Part shown: piece by piece, positions 15,764 to 25,019 of the stretch
How positions within the stretch are numbered: position 1 is the first letter of the stretch
How the letters are laid out: each line of letters starts with the position of its first letter
Origin: Bacteroidales bacterium
GTDB lineage: Bacteria > Bacteroidota > Bacteroidia > Bacteroidales > G3-4614
Direction of reading: 5' to 3'
Length of the DNA: 41,437 bases
Assembly: GCA_017416695.1 (NCBI GenBank)
Contig: JAFQBL010000130.1
Coordinates: 1 to 41,437 of the forward strand
Translations under genes and position numbers: made by a program
Notes under the pieces: model-generated
The model's database searches: none
What the model was told of the DNA's origin: nothing
The model's input: the letters and a program-made list of their open reading frames with translations, nothing else

Positions 15764-18079
15764 ATGAAATTTATTCATAAACTTTTGCTTTTTATTATAT
15801 CTCTTATTATCTCAGCCCACACTTATGCTCAGAGTGTGGGTTTGGTTATGAGTGGTGGTGGAGCAAAAGGTATTGCTCATATTGGTGTTATTAAGGCTCT
15901 TGAAGAGAATGAAATTCCTATTGATTATGTAGCGGGAACTTCGATGGGCGCTATTGTTGGTGCTCTATATGCTATGGGATATACTCCTGAAGAGATGATG
16001 GAGGTTGTTAAATCTCCGCAATTTGAGAGTTGGAGTACTGGTGTTATAAGCAAGGAACAACAATACTATTTTAGAAAGAATGAACCCTCATCTCGCTTTG
16101 TTGCTATAAATATGGGACTTGCTGAAGGTAGTAAAAAGGTGACCACAACCTTTTTACCTTCGAGTTTGATTAATCCTGTTCCGATGAACTACGGATTCCT
16201 TCAACTTTTTTCAGTTTATACTGCTCAAGCAAATGGTAATTTTGATAATCTTTTTGTCCCTTTTAGATGCGTTGCTTCTGATGTATATAATAAAAAGGCT
16301 GTCACTTTTAGAGGTGGAGATTTAGGTGATGCTGTTAGGGCATCAATGACTTTCCCATTTGTTTTCAAACCTATTGAGAAGGATAGTATATTACTATACG
16401 ACGGTGGTATATATAATAACTTTCCTATTGATGTTATGAGAGAGGATTTTGCTCCTGATTTTATTATTGGAAGTAAAGTTGCAAGTAATCCAACAAATCC
16501 AAAAGATGGCGACCTTATGGCTCAAATTGATGCTATGGTTATGCAAAAAACCGATTACAATGTTGATGAGGATGAGGGAATTCTTATTTCTTTTAAATTG
16601 GATACAATAGTTGGTTTACTGGATTTTCCAAAGGCTGATATGATTTTTGCTTTGGGTTATCAAAAGGGTTTGGATATGGCTGACTCTATCAAGAGTAGAA
16701 TTGACCGTCGTGTTCCTCTTGCAGCGAAGAGTATGCAACGTGCGGAGTGGAAGAGCAAAACTCCTGAACTTGTATTTGACAACATTATTGTTAACGGTGG
16801 TAATAATACTCAACAATCTTTTATTCGCAAACAGTTTGAAGTTGAAAAAGACTCTACTGGTCTTCTTGACGCAAAAGGTATGGAGAATGCTTATTATAAA
16901 CTTATGTCGGATAATAAAATTTCTGACATGGTTCCCCATGCCGTATACAACGATTCATCAGGTGTATTTTCTCTGATTCTTGATGCTAATCTTAAGGATA
17001 ATTTTGAATTTGGGTTAGGTGGTTATGTATCATCGGGCAGTACAAATATGATGTACTTAGATGCCAAATATAAGACTCTAAGCCTTTACTCGTTAGATGT
17101 TGACCTTAACGGATATATTGGTAGAGCATATAACTCGGGAATGGCTTCGGTTAAGTTTGAGTTACCAAGCAAAGTTCCTGTATATTTAAAATTAATGGGA
17201 GTTTTCTCAAGGAAAAAGTATTATGAGAGTGAACGTTTGTTTGTTCAAAAGGAGGCTCCTACATTTATTTTAAATCAAGAGGCTTTTGCCAAAGTAAGAA
17301 TTGGGTTACCTTTCCTAACAAGCAGTAAAGCCGAAATTTCATTGGGCTATGGTTACTTAACTGATAAGTACTACCCTACCAATGTTATTGATTATGCTAA
17401 TACTCCAAATGACAAAAGTAGTTATAACCTATTTATGGGCTCAGTAAAATTTGAGCATAACACTCTTAACAATTTAATGTATCCATGGGATGGCAAGAGA
17501 GTTGCAATTATTGGAGAATTTATATCTGGTAAAGAAAAATATAGACCTGGCAATGCAAATAATACTACATACCAGAAACTACACTCATGGTTGGTTATGC
17601 ACGCTAATGCAAGTAAATATTTTAACCCTAATAAACATTTTGGTATAGGAGTGTTAGGTGATTTCTTATTCTCTACTAAGAACTTCAATAATACTTACAC
17701 ATCTACTATTGTTCAGGCTCCTGCCTTTACTCCAACTCCTCATAGTAAAACGGTATTTAACGAGGCTTTTAGGGCCAATCAATATATTGCTGCAGGTATT
17801 ATCCCTATTTGGCATATTATTAAGAACCTGCAACTTAGAGGAGATTTTTACTGTTTTATGCCATTCTTTAAGATTGAACAATCGGCAACCAATCCTGACA
17901 AGGCTGTATATGGTAAATTTATGCGTAATCCTGAATTCTTAGGCGAAATTACTATTGCATACAACTTACCTTTTGCCTCTATTAGTTTATTTGGGAACTA
18001 TTACTCTTATCCAAGTAAAAACTGGAACTTTGGTATCAACTTTGGTATTCTTATGTATAACCCCAAATTTATAGAGTAA
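15764..18079 (+). CDS. patatin-like phospholipase fused to a C-terminal beta-barrel (Omp85/surface-antigen-like) region
   Basis: 771-aa ORF with a signal peptide. It has the oxyanion-hole motif SGGGAKG, the nucleophile elbow GTSMG (GxSxG) and the catalytic-Asp motif YDGGIYNNFP. The C-terminal 350 aa is rich in alternating aromatic/Gly strands and ends ...MYNPKFIE. Confidence 0.8.
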   Translation: MKFIHKLLLFIISLIISAHTYAQSVGLVMSGGGAKGIAHIGVIKALEENEIPIDYVAGTSMGAIVGALYAMGYTPEEMMEVVKSPQFESWSTGVISKEQQYYFRKNEPSSRFVAINMGLAEGSKKVTTTFLPSSLINPVPMNYGFLQLFSVYTAQANGNFDNLFVPFRCVASDVYNKKAVTFRGGDLGDAVRASMTFPFVFKPIEKDSILLYDGGIYNNFPIDVMREDFAPDFIIGSKVASNPTNPKDGDLMAQIDAMVMQKTDYNVDEDEGILISFKLDTIVGLLDFPKADMIFALGYQKGLDMADSIKSRIDRRVPLAAKSMQRAEWKSKTPELVFDNIIVNGGNNTQQSFIRKQFEVEKDSTGLLDAKGMENAYYKLMSDNKISDMVPHAVYNDSSGVFSLILDANLKDNFEFGLGGYVSSGSTNMMYLDAKYKTLSLYSLDVDLNGYIGRAYNSGMASVKFELPSKVPVYLKLMGVFSRKKYYESERLFVQKEAPTFILNQEAFAKVRIGLPFLTSSKAEISLGYGYLTDKYYPTNVIDYANTPNDKSSYNLFMGSVKFEHNTLNNLMYPWDGKRVAIIGEFISGKEKYRPGNANNTTYQKLHSWLVMHANASKYFNPNKHFGIGVLGDFLFSTKNFNNTYTSTIVQAPAFTPTPHSKTVFNEAFRANQYIAAGIIPIWHIIKNLQLRGDFYCFMPFFKIEQSATNPDKAVYGKFMRNPEFLGEITIAYNLPFASISLFGNYYSYPSKNWNFGINFGILMYNPKFIE

Positions 18080-18136
18080 GATTATAAAGTTACATTTACT
18101 CCTCCATAGAAAGGGAAGTAACAGAAACTGCAAACT

Positions 18137-18171
18137 AAAAGAGGAACATCCCTTGTGGATGTTCCTCTTTT
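18137..18171. terminator. bidirectional hairpin terminator between convergent genes
   Basis: Perfect 15-bp stem of AAAAGAGGAACATCC (18137-18151) with GGATGTTCCTCTTTT (18157-18171) and loop CTTGT. The A4/T4 arm ends give a U-run on either strand. Confidence 0.8.
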
Positions 18172-18190
18172 AGTTATGTTGCAATTTAGA

Positions 18191-18736
18191 TTATTTCATA
18201 GCAACAGGCATCAATGCTTTTACTGCATCTTTGTATGCCAATACTCCGCTCTCGCTCAACTCTACTGTTGTTGCATTTCCAAATTGGTCGTAAACGTTTA
18301 CATTGTTATCATCAACAAATGTTAAGAATTTGTGGCTATCTCCGTTTACTACTGCACTCCAACTATCGTCAGTGTTATCATATACTAACTCAACTGTTTG
18401 ATTTGTGTTCTCATCTGTGATAGTATATCCTTTTTCGTGGCTATTGATTACATATTTGCTATTCTCTCCCTCTACAAATTTGCTTCCGTAAACAGGGTTT
18501 GTTCCTTTCCAGAACTCAATTGAGTTAATAACTAATACGTCTGCCAATGCAGTAATCTCATATACTGGGATAATCATAAAGCAGAAGAATACTACCTCGT
18601 TTACCCATTTGCTTCCAATACTCTTATTCCAATCAAGAGTTTTGTGAGTTAATCCAAATGATCCGATACAAGATGAGAAAGTCAAACTGCAGCATAGTAC
18701 TAATGCCAACGCAATGTTTAGTTTGTTTCTTTTCAT
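18191..18736 (-). CDS. lipoprotein, probably DUF3332 family
   Basis: 181-aa ORF with lipobox LTFSSC. The GSFGLT..LDWNKSIG..WVNE...VINSIEFWKGTNP block is what I recall for the Bacteroidota DUF3332 family. This comes from memory and was not searched. Confidence 0.55.
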   Translation of the reverse strand: MKRNKLNIALALVLCCSLTFSSCIGSFGLTHKTLDWNKSIGSKWVNEVVFFCFMIIPVYEITALADVLVINSIEFWKGTNPVYGSKFVEGENSKYVINSHEKGYTITDENTNQTVELVYDNTDDSWSAVVNGDSHKFLTFVDDNNVNVYDQFGNATTVELSESGVLAYKDAVKALMPVAMK

Positions 18737-18814
18737 AATAATTTAATTTATAAGTGAATACTATGGAGCTACGCTCCCGTTAATAATAAAGTTTTCTTTG
18801 TTTTAATGCTGTTT

Positions 18815-18822
18815 CAAAACTA
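18815..18822 (-). promoter_or_regulatory. Bacteroidota -7 promoter box (TAGTTTTG on minus strand)
   Basis: CAAAACTA on the plus strand, about 80 nt upstream of the ATG at 18736. Confidence 0.4.
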
Positions 18823-18905
18823 AATAATTAAATTTATATAAACAATATTTTTTTCTTTTTTTTAAATAAAATTATGTTTTGAAAGTGTTTTCGTGTTTTA
18901 ATTTA

Positions 18906-20360
18906 TTAATCTTCAGGCATATTTTGTTTGTAAAATTGATAGAGTTCCATCACTTTTATTACGTACGCAATAGTCTCTCTTCCCTTAAAATATCCACATC
19001 GGCATACTGAATCATTGTAATATTCAGGGTAGTTCTTTAATAGCAATGCTTCATCAACATTGCCAAACCATACTTGTGGATTTTTTCCGTACTTCTCGGC
19101 AAGTGCTATTGCATCAAATATGTGTCCTAATCCAGAGTTGTATGATGCCAATATAAATTTTATTCGCTCATCTTTATCTTCAACCCTTTTTCTTAAACTT
19201 TTGTTCAATGATGCTATATATCGTGTTGCAGCCGCAATGTTTTCTCTGTTATTTGTCATACTCCACCCCTCATCACTGAAGTGTTTTGCTGTTGCTGGCA
19301 TCAATTGCATCATACCTTTTGCACCTGCCCACGAGACAAGTGATGAATCAAATTGGGACTCGTTATATGCTATTGATGCTAACATTCGCCAATCCCACCC
19401 AAGTGTATCGGCATATTGTTTAAAGAGGTGGTCGTATGGAGATATTACCCCATTTTTTAGTGATATTGCCATCTCATTTGGTGAGATATGCTCACTTCCC
19501 CACTTGCTCATCTTGAAATATTTTTGAAGCGTTGAGATATATTTTTGTGTCTTATTGTTTTGTTCTACCCAATGGTTTACACTATCTGCCAACTGACTGC
19601 TTGCTTTATTTACTATCCATGAACTTTTTTGAGAGAATCCTACTGTTAATCCTATATTAAGATTTTGATAGTAACTTCTGTTTAATGCGGCTGTTACATT
19701 ATCGGTTATAGTATAATCTATTATTCCATTTGCCACTGCATCAATAAATCCTTCGGTTGTTGATGTATCGGGAGTGTTATAGAGTATGGTTATTCCTCCT
19801 CCTAACTCCTTATTTAGGTTTTTTGCCCGCACTTCATATCTTGTCCCTTTTTCAACATATATGGTTTTTGTAGGTAATTCTTTTACTCTTTTTATTAATG
19901 TAGAGTCATTTCGCTGTACTAATACTTGTGTTGTTATCATCTCGGGACCACAATAGGTAAATGTTCTGCGTTTTTTTAGGTTTTGTGGCATATCATATAC
20001 CGCTATATCTCCTCTTCCCTCTTTTAATAATGTGATTATCTCTTCGTATGATTGTGCTACGATGATTTGAAGTTGGAGATTATGTTTGTCGGCAAACTGT
20101 TTTATCAGTTCATACTCACACCCCATCTCCTCTCCCCTATATATAAAGTATGATGTGGAGTTTTGCATTGTTATTGCTCGTAATACTACCTCTGTTTTTA
20201 TTTCGTTCCAATCGCGATATACAATTTTTTTATCATTATTAGAACAAGCCACTACATATATAAATAGTAATAAGGCTAATGCTATTTTAAAAATATGTTT
20301 ACCTTTATTTGAAATATTCTTACAATAAACAAGTTGTTTTTGGTTTGCTCGTTTACTCAT
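18906..20360 (-). CDS. mltF: membrane-bound lytic murein transglycosylase F-like protein (SBP-3 domain plus SLT domain)
   Basis: 484-aa ORF with an N-terminal anchor and lipobox (VVAC). A periplasmic-binding-protein-like domain is followed by SLT catalytic blocks AYNESQFD, AGAKGMMQLMPATA and LASYNSG. Confidence 0.8.
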   Translation of the reverse strand: MSKRANQKQLVYCKNISNKGKHIFKIALALLLFIYVVACSNNDKKIVYRDWNEIKTEVVLRAITMQNSTSYFIYRGEEMGCEYELIKQFADKHNLQLQIIVAQSYEEIITLLKEGRGDIAVYDMPQNLKKRRTFTYCGPEMITTQVLVQRNDSTLIKRVKELPTKTIYVEKGTRYEVRAKNLNKELGGGITILYNTPDTSTTEGFIDAVANGIIDYTITDNVTAALNRSYYQNLNIGLTVGFSQKSSWIVNKASSQLADSVNHWVEQNNKTQKYISTLQKYFKMSKWGSEHISPNEMAISLKNGVISPYDHLFKQYADTLGWDWRMLASIAYNESQFDSSLVSWAGAKGMMQLMPATAKHFSDEGWSMTNNRENIAAATRYIASLNKSLRKRVEDKDERIKFILASYNSGLGHIFDAIALAEKYGKNPQVWFGNVDEALLLKNYPEYYNDSVCRCGYFKGRETIAYVIKVMELYQFYKQNMPED

Positions 20361-20387
20361 AAATTTACTCCTTTAATTTATTTTTTA

Positions 20388-20395
20388 TATCTTTG
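20388..20395 (+). promoter_or_regulatory. Bacteroidota -7 promoter box (TATCTTTG), first of two tandem copies
   Basis: Perfect TAnnTTTG, 182 nt upstream of the Dabb start. Hairpins follow it and no ORF start does. Confidence 0.35.
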
Positions 20396-20476
20396 CAGTA
20401 GTTCAACTACTGCGAAAATACTCTCGCTCGTTGTAAAATATCAAACGAGTTTGATATTATTTTACTCGCTTATTTG

Positions 20477-20492
20477 TATCTTTGCAAAGTTA
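20477..20492. promoter_or_regulatory. back-to-back -7 boxes (TATCTTTG on plus, TAACTTTG on minus) sharing a TTTGCAAA palindrome
   Basis: The sequence is TATCTTTGCAAAGTTA. The plus-strand box lies 93 nt upstream of the Dabb ATG (20577). The minus-strand box lies 125 nt upstream of the mltF ATG (20360). Confidence 0.45.
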
Positions 20493-20576
20493 AACTATCA
20501 AAAAACTTCAATATCTTCACTTTTTATAGTGGAAATTGATAATATTATTACAAAGGTACAAAAATATTTTTTAGAA

Positions 20577-20876
20577 ATGGTAAAACATATAGTCCTGTTC
20601 AAGGTTAAAGATTTTGATAACCCTGATGATAAACGTAAAGTGTTGGAACAATTCAGAGATGCTCTTATGGCTCTGCCTGAAAAGATTTCTTGTCTTGTTT
20701 CTATTGAGGCTCAAATAAATGAGAATCCTGCTGAAAGTTTCGACTTGGCACTTACTACCGTTTTCAATAACTACGAGGATTTGGCTACATATGCTAATCA
20801 CCCTGACCACGTTGCCGCTGCTTCAATATTTAAGGCTGTTGCGGCAGGCAGAGCGTGCGTTGATTACACTTTTTAA
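20577..20876 (+). CDS. Dabb-family stress-responsive alpha/beta-barrel protein
   Basis: 99 aa from MVKHIVLFKVKDF...; HPDHVAAA and the length fit the Dabb (stress responsive A/B barrel) family. The ORF-track extension back to 20334 crosses the promoter region and is low-complexity, so I rejected it. Confidence 0.7.
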   Translation: MVKHIVLFKVKDFDNPDDKRKVLEQFRDALMALPEKISCLVSIEAQINENPAESFDLALTTVFNNYEDLATYANHPDHVAAASIFKAVAAGRACVDYTF

Positions 20877-20890
20877 TATCTGAAAACTGA

Positions 20891-22564
20891 ATGGAAAAAA
20901 TTATTATATATCAGGTACTACCTCGTTTGTTTGGTAATACCACAGAAAATTGCGTTCCTAACGGAACTTTAAAAGAGAATGGAGTTGGCAAGTTTTCGGA
21001 TTTCACACCCGAAAGATTGAAAGATATTAAGAGTTTAGGCACTACCCATATATGGTACACTGGTGTTATTGAACACGCTACTGCTACTAACTATTCAGAA
21101 TATGGGATAAAGCCTGACAATAAATTTGTTGTTAAAGGATTGGCTGGCTCGCCTTACGCCATAAAGGACTACTATGATATTGATCCCGATTTGGCTGATA
21201 ATGTCCCTTCAAGAATGAAAGAGTTTGAGGCATTGATTGACAGAACCCATGAAGCAGGAATGAAAGTTATTATGGACTTTGTTCCTAACCATGTTGCTCG
21301 TCAATATGCTTCTGACGCTGCACCCGAAGGCACTATTGATTTGGGTGGCAACGATAACAACACTTGGGCTTTTTCTACTCAAAACAATTTCTACTATTTA
21401 CCAGGTCAAAACTTTAGCCCTATGTTTGCAATAGGAGAAGGAGAGGAACATTACAACGAATTTCCTGATAAGGTTACAGGTAACGATTGTTACACATCTT
21501 CGCTTTCAATACACGACTGGTACGAAACTATTAAATTAAACTATGGCGTTGACTACGCTACTGGCTGGTGTCATTTTAATCCTATTCCTGATACTTGGTA
21601 TAAAATGAGAGATATTCTCCTTTTCTGGGCGGCAAAGGGTATTGATGCCTTCCGTTGCGATATGGCAGAAATGGTTCCTGTTGAGTTTTGGGAGTGGTGT
21701 ATTGCTCAAGTTAGAGAGAGATATCCCGATATGATTTTCATTGCTGAAGTGTATAATCCAAACCAATACTATAACTACGTTAAACGTGGAGGATTTACTT
21801 ACCTATATGATAAGGTGGGACTTTATGACACGCTTAAAGATATTGTTAGAGGACGTCATACTGGTGCTATTACCAAATGGTGGCAATCTATTGGCGATGT
21901 TAAGGAGAATATGCTACACTTTACCGAGAACCATGATGAACAACGCTCCGCTTCGCATTTTTTTGCTGGAGATCCTCATAGGGCATTCCCTCTGTTTGCT
22001 TTGTCGGCACTGATTGACAATAACCCCGTAATGCTCTATTTTGGACAGGAACTTGGCGAAAAGGCTACCGATGCTGAAGGCTTTAGCGGTGCTGACGGAA
22101 GAACTACTATTTTTGACTATTGGAGTGTTCCTTCGGTTAGAGGTTGGATTAAAAAAGGATTGCGTGGCTTAACCGCAGAACAGAAGGAGATTAGAAACAA
22201 ATATAAAAAACTACTAAACATTGCCGCAAAAGAGAAAGCCATAAGCAATGGGCTCTTCTTTGATTTAATGTATGTTAATGGTAATAACGATGCTATTTCA
22301 ACAGGAAGAAGTTATCTGTTTGCTCGACTCTATAAAAAAGATTTGTATATTGTGGCTGTTAACTTCCGTTCGCAAGAGGCTGAACTGAACATTAATATCC
22401 CATCGCACCTTTTTGATTATTTCAAAATCACTGAAGGCGAATATAACTGTAAAGAGTTGATTTCAGGAGAGAAAGAGATTAGAAATATTTCTCAAACAAC
22501 TCCTTTTGCTACCAAATTATTGGCATACGAAACAGCGATTTGGAAATGCACCAAAAAAAAATAG
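20891..22564 (+). CDS. cytoplasmic GH13 alpha-amylase-family glycoside hydrolase
   Basis: 557-aa ORF with no signal peptide. GH13 conserved regions are DFVPNHVA (I), GIDAFRCDMAEMV (II), FIAEVY (III) and FTENHDEQR (IV). Confidence 0.85.
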   Translation: MEKIIIYQVLPRLFGNTTENCVPNGTLKENGVGKFSDFTPERLKDIKSLGTTHIWYTGVIEHATATNYSEYGIKPDNKFVVKGLAGSPYAIKDYYDIDPDLADNVPSRMKEFEALIDRTHEAGMKVIMDFVPNHVARQYASDAAPEGTIDLGGNDNNTWAFSTQNNFYYLPGQNFSPMFAIGEGEEHYNEFPDKVTGNDCYTSSLSIHDWYETIKLNYGVDYATGWCHFNPIPDTWYKMRDILLFWAAKGIDAFRCDMAEMVPVEFWEWCIAQVRERYPDMIFIAEVYNPNQYYNYVKRGGFTYLYDKVGLYDTLKDIVRGRHTGAITKWWQSIGDVKENMLHFTENHDEQRSASHFFAGDPHRAFPLFALSALIDNNPVMLYFGQELGEKATDAEGFSGADGRTTIFDYWSVPSVRGWIKKGLRGLTAEQKEIRNKYKKLLNIAAKEKAISNGLFFDLMYVNGNNDAISTGRSYLFARLYKKDLYIVAVNFRSQEAELNINIPSHLFDYFKITEGEYNCKELISGEKEIRNISQTTPFATKLLAYETAIWKCTKKK

Positions 22565-22595
22565 AGTTTTATAACATTTTCATAGAATAAATTAC

Positions 22596-22603
22596 TACTT
22601 TTG
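22596..22603 (+). promoter_or_regulatory. Bacteroidota -7 promoter box (TACTTTTG)
   Basis: TAnnTTTG 54 nt upstream of the prs ATG. Confidence 0.45.
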
Positions 22604-22656
22604 TAAAACTTTTAAGAGAGACTTTAAAGTTAAAAATAAATATAAAACGGACTACA

Positions 22657-23595
22657 ATGAGCAACGAAAGACCGGTAAAGGTATTTGCAGGAACAAACAC
22701 ACGCTATTTGGCAGAGAAAATTTGTGAGAATTTAGGATGTCCTCTCGGCAACATGATTATTCAACACTTTGCAGACGGAGAGTTTGCTGTTTCGTTTGAA
22801 GAGTCAATTCGTGGTTGTGAGGTATATTTAGTACAATCAACATTCCCCAATTCGGACAACTTAATGGAACTTTTGCTTATGATTGATGCGGCTAAACGTG
22901 CATCAGCAGCATCTGTTATCGCAGTTGTTCCCTACTTTGGATGGGCACGTCAAGATCGTAAAGATCGTCCTCGTGTATCAATTGCTTCAAAACTTATTGC
23001 AGACTTGCTAAGCGTTGCAGGTATTGACAGATTGATTACTATGGATCTTCATGCTGACCAAATACAAGGATTCTTTAATGTACCTGTTGACCACCTATAT
23101 GCTTCATCGGTATTTGTTGATTATATAGCATCTCTAAAACTTGAAGATATGGTTATTGCTTCTCCCGACGTTGGTGGATCAAAACGTGCAAGTACTTACG
23201 CTAAATACTTTGGTGTACCTCTTGTTCTTTGCCACAAACAAAGAGCAAAAGCAAATGTTGTGGAGAGTATGATGGTTATTGGTGATGTTGAGGGCAAAAA
23301 CGTTATACTCGTTGATGATATGGTTGATACAGCAGGAACAATTACTAAAGCTGCCGACCTTATGATTGAGAAAGGTGCTAAATCGGTTCGTGCAATAGCA
23401 AGTCACGCCGTAATGTCTGACCCAGCAAGTGAACGAGTAACAAACTCAAAAATGACAGAGTTGATATTCTCAGACAGCATACCTTTTACAAAAGATTGTC
23501 CAAAGGCTCACATCATCAGTATTGCCGATATGTTTGCAGAGACAATTCGTCGTGCCCACAATAATGAGTCAATCAGTTCACAATATATAATGTAA
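22657..23595 (+). CDS. prs: ribose-phosphate diphosphokinase
   Basis: 312-aa ORF with FAGTNTRYLAEKI, DGEF, YFGWARQDRK, TMDLHADQIQGFF and the PRPP loop VILVDDMVDTAGT. Confidence 0.92.
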   Translation: MSNERPVKVFAGTNTRYLAEKICENLGCPLGNMIIQHFADGEFAVSFEESIRGCEVYLVQSTFPNSDNLMELLLMIDAAKRASAASVIAVVPYFGWARQDRKDRPRVSIASKLIADLLSVAGIDRLITMDLHADQIQGFFNVPVDHLYASSVFVDYIASLKLEDMVIASPDVGGSKRASTYAKYFGVPLVLCHKQRAKANVVESMMVIGDVEGKNVILVDDMVDTAGTITKAADLMIEKGAKSVRAIASHAVMSDPASERVTNSKMTELIFSDSIPFTKDCPKAHIISIADMFAETIRRAHNNESISSQYIM

Positions 23596-23624
23596 TATTT
23601 ATACTACATTATTGTTTATCAAAT

Positions 23625-23665
23625 GAGACTGTCCAGCAATTTGTTGTTGAGACAGTCTCTTTTTA
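23625..23665 (+). terminator. rho-independent terminator after prs
   Basis: GAGACTGTC (23625-23633) pairs with GACAGTCTC (23651-23659), followed by TTTTTA. Confidence 0.65.
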
Positions 23666-23725
23666 TTACAACATGGCAAACGTGGTTTTTAGAACATAAA
23701 TAGAGGTTATTCCGCTAAAAATGAT

Positions 23726-23733
23726 TATCTTTG
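23726..23733 (+). promoter_or_regulatory. Bacteroidota -7 promoter box (TATCTTTG)
   Basis: TAnnTTTG 42 nt upstream of the ATG at 23775. It lies inside the ORF-track extension and so argues for the downstream start. Confidence 0.45.
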
Positions 23734-23774
23734 CACCCGAAAAAAATAAAAGAGAAATATTAAACACTTTAAGA

Positions 23775-24998
23775 ATGAGAAAATCGATTAAGCAAATTAT
23801 CTTTACTTTGGTATTGCCTTTAATGGTTTTTACCAGTTGTATTAAAGATGAGTTACCTAATGCAGAGGCCGATATTGTTGATGTATTATTGGGAAAAGAT
23901 GTTATAATAAGTAAAAAAGTTGAGAATGAACGTATAACCATATTTATCTCTCCTGGTGCATATGGTGATAGAAAAAATATAACTGACATTTCGTTTGTTC
24001 TATCTGAGGGTGCAAAAATTATTAGAGGTAATGACAATTTTGACTACTCTACTTCTCATGAAATTGAGGTTATATCAGAGGATGGTAATTGGAAAAAGAC
24101 TCACGAAGTGAGAATCTTAGATATGGCATTCCCTACTGAATACTATTTTGAAAATTGGTCGGAGAACCGCTCAACTACAGGTGTATATGATGACTGTTTT
24201 GAGAAGTTAATGGATGAAGACGGTAATGTTTCGGATCTTTACATCTGGGCTTCGGGCAATATGGGTTACAGAATTACTGGTAACGGAAAAAAACCTTCGG
24301 ACTATCCTACCTACAAAACGCTATCTCAAGATGATGCTCACAATGGTGCATACGCTACTATATTGGAGACTCGTTATGTTGGGGCAATTGGTCAAGGTTC
24401 TCCTCTTGCAGCAGGAAACCTTTTTATTGGAGAGTTCTCAGGTAAAGGTATCAACATTATGAAAGAGCAGATGAAAGCGACTCGCTTTGGTATGCCTTTC
24501 AACAAAAAACCTAAATCTCTAAAAGTTTGGTTTAAGTACAAAAGTGGTGGTTCTATAAACATATATAATGCAGATGGTGATATTACAGGTATTCGCACAA
24601 CAGATAACGACAATAGCGGAAATAACCAAAATATTGAAAACAAAGACTATGCTGCTATATATGCTGTAATGTTTGACAACGTTAAAGCAAAAGAGTTATA
24701 TAAAGGAAAAAATTACCTGGATGGTAAAACTATTCTTTCGAGCGAGGCTGAGGTTGGTAGAGCAATTCTTTCGGACAACGACAAATATGGAACTCCTACT
24801 AACGAAGAGGGCTACCCTAACGAATATTTATTTAAAGAGTTACCATTTACTTTCTCAAAACAGATTGATGCTTCACGTTTAGCAAACTATGAGTATAGCA
24901 TCGCTATAGTATTCTCATCAAGTTACTATGGCGCAGAGTTCCAAGGTGCTCCTGGTAGCAAACTTTGGATTGATGATGTTGAGTTAATTTGCGAATAA
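23775..24998 (+). CDS. surface lipoprotein with a PCMD-like (putative carbohydrate metabolism) domain
   Basis: The start MRKSIKQIIFTLVLPLMVFTSC gives a signal peptide plus lipobox Cys. Blocks YFENW, IWASGNMGY, AAGNLFIGEF, TRFGMPFNKKPKSLKVWFKYKSG and GSKLWIDDVEL resemble PCMD-domain proteins of Bacteroidales, recognised by eye. Confidence 0.6.
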   Translation: MRKSIKQIIFTLVLPLMVFTSCIKDELPNAEADIVDVLLGKDVIISKKVENERITIFISPGAYGDRKNITDISFVLSEGAKIIRGNDNFDYSTSHEIEVISEDGNWKKTHEVRILDMAFPTEYYFENWSENRSTTGVYDDCFEKLMDEDGNVSDLYIWASGNMGYRITGNGKKPSDYPTYKTLSQDDAHNGAYATILETRYVGAIGQGSPLAAGNLFIGEFSGKGINIMKEQMKATRFGMPFNKKPKSLKVWFKYKSGGSINIYNADGDITGIRTTDNDNSGNNQNIENKDYAAIYAVMFDNVKAKELYKGKNYLDGKTILSSEAEVGRAILSDNDKYGTPTNEEGYPNEYLFKELPFTFSKQIDASRLANYEYSIAIVFSSSYYGAEFQGAPGSKLWIDDVELICE

Positions 24999-25019
24999 TC
25001 AAATTTAAATAGATAAAGA

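Noticed and set aside
19060-19527. 155-aa plus-strand ORF inside mltF
   Set aside because: It is antisense to the SLT catalytic region of the MltF-like gene. It has no motifs and no upstream -7 box.
20334-20576. 81-aa N-terminal extension of the Dabb ORF in the ORF track
   Set aside because: The extension runs through the promoter boxes and palindromes, overlaps the mltF start, and is low-complexity. The Dabb fold starts at MVKHIVLFK (20577).
24287-24293. A7 tract inside the PCMD-like CDS, and an A9 tract at 22553-22561 at the very end of the GH13 gene, considered as slipped-strand phase-variation switches
   Set aside because: A7 is short for efficient slippage. The A9 tract encodes the terminal KKK just before the stop, so a frameshift would alter only the last residues. 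Similar A/T runs are common throughout this AT-rich sequence.
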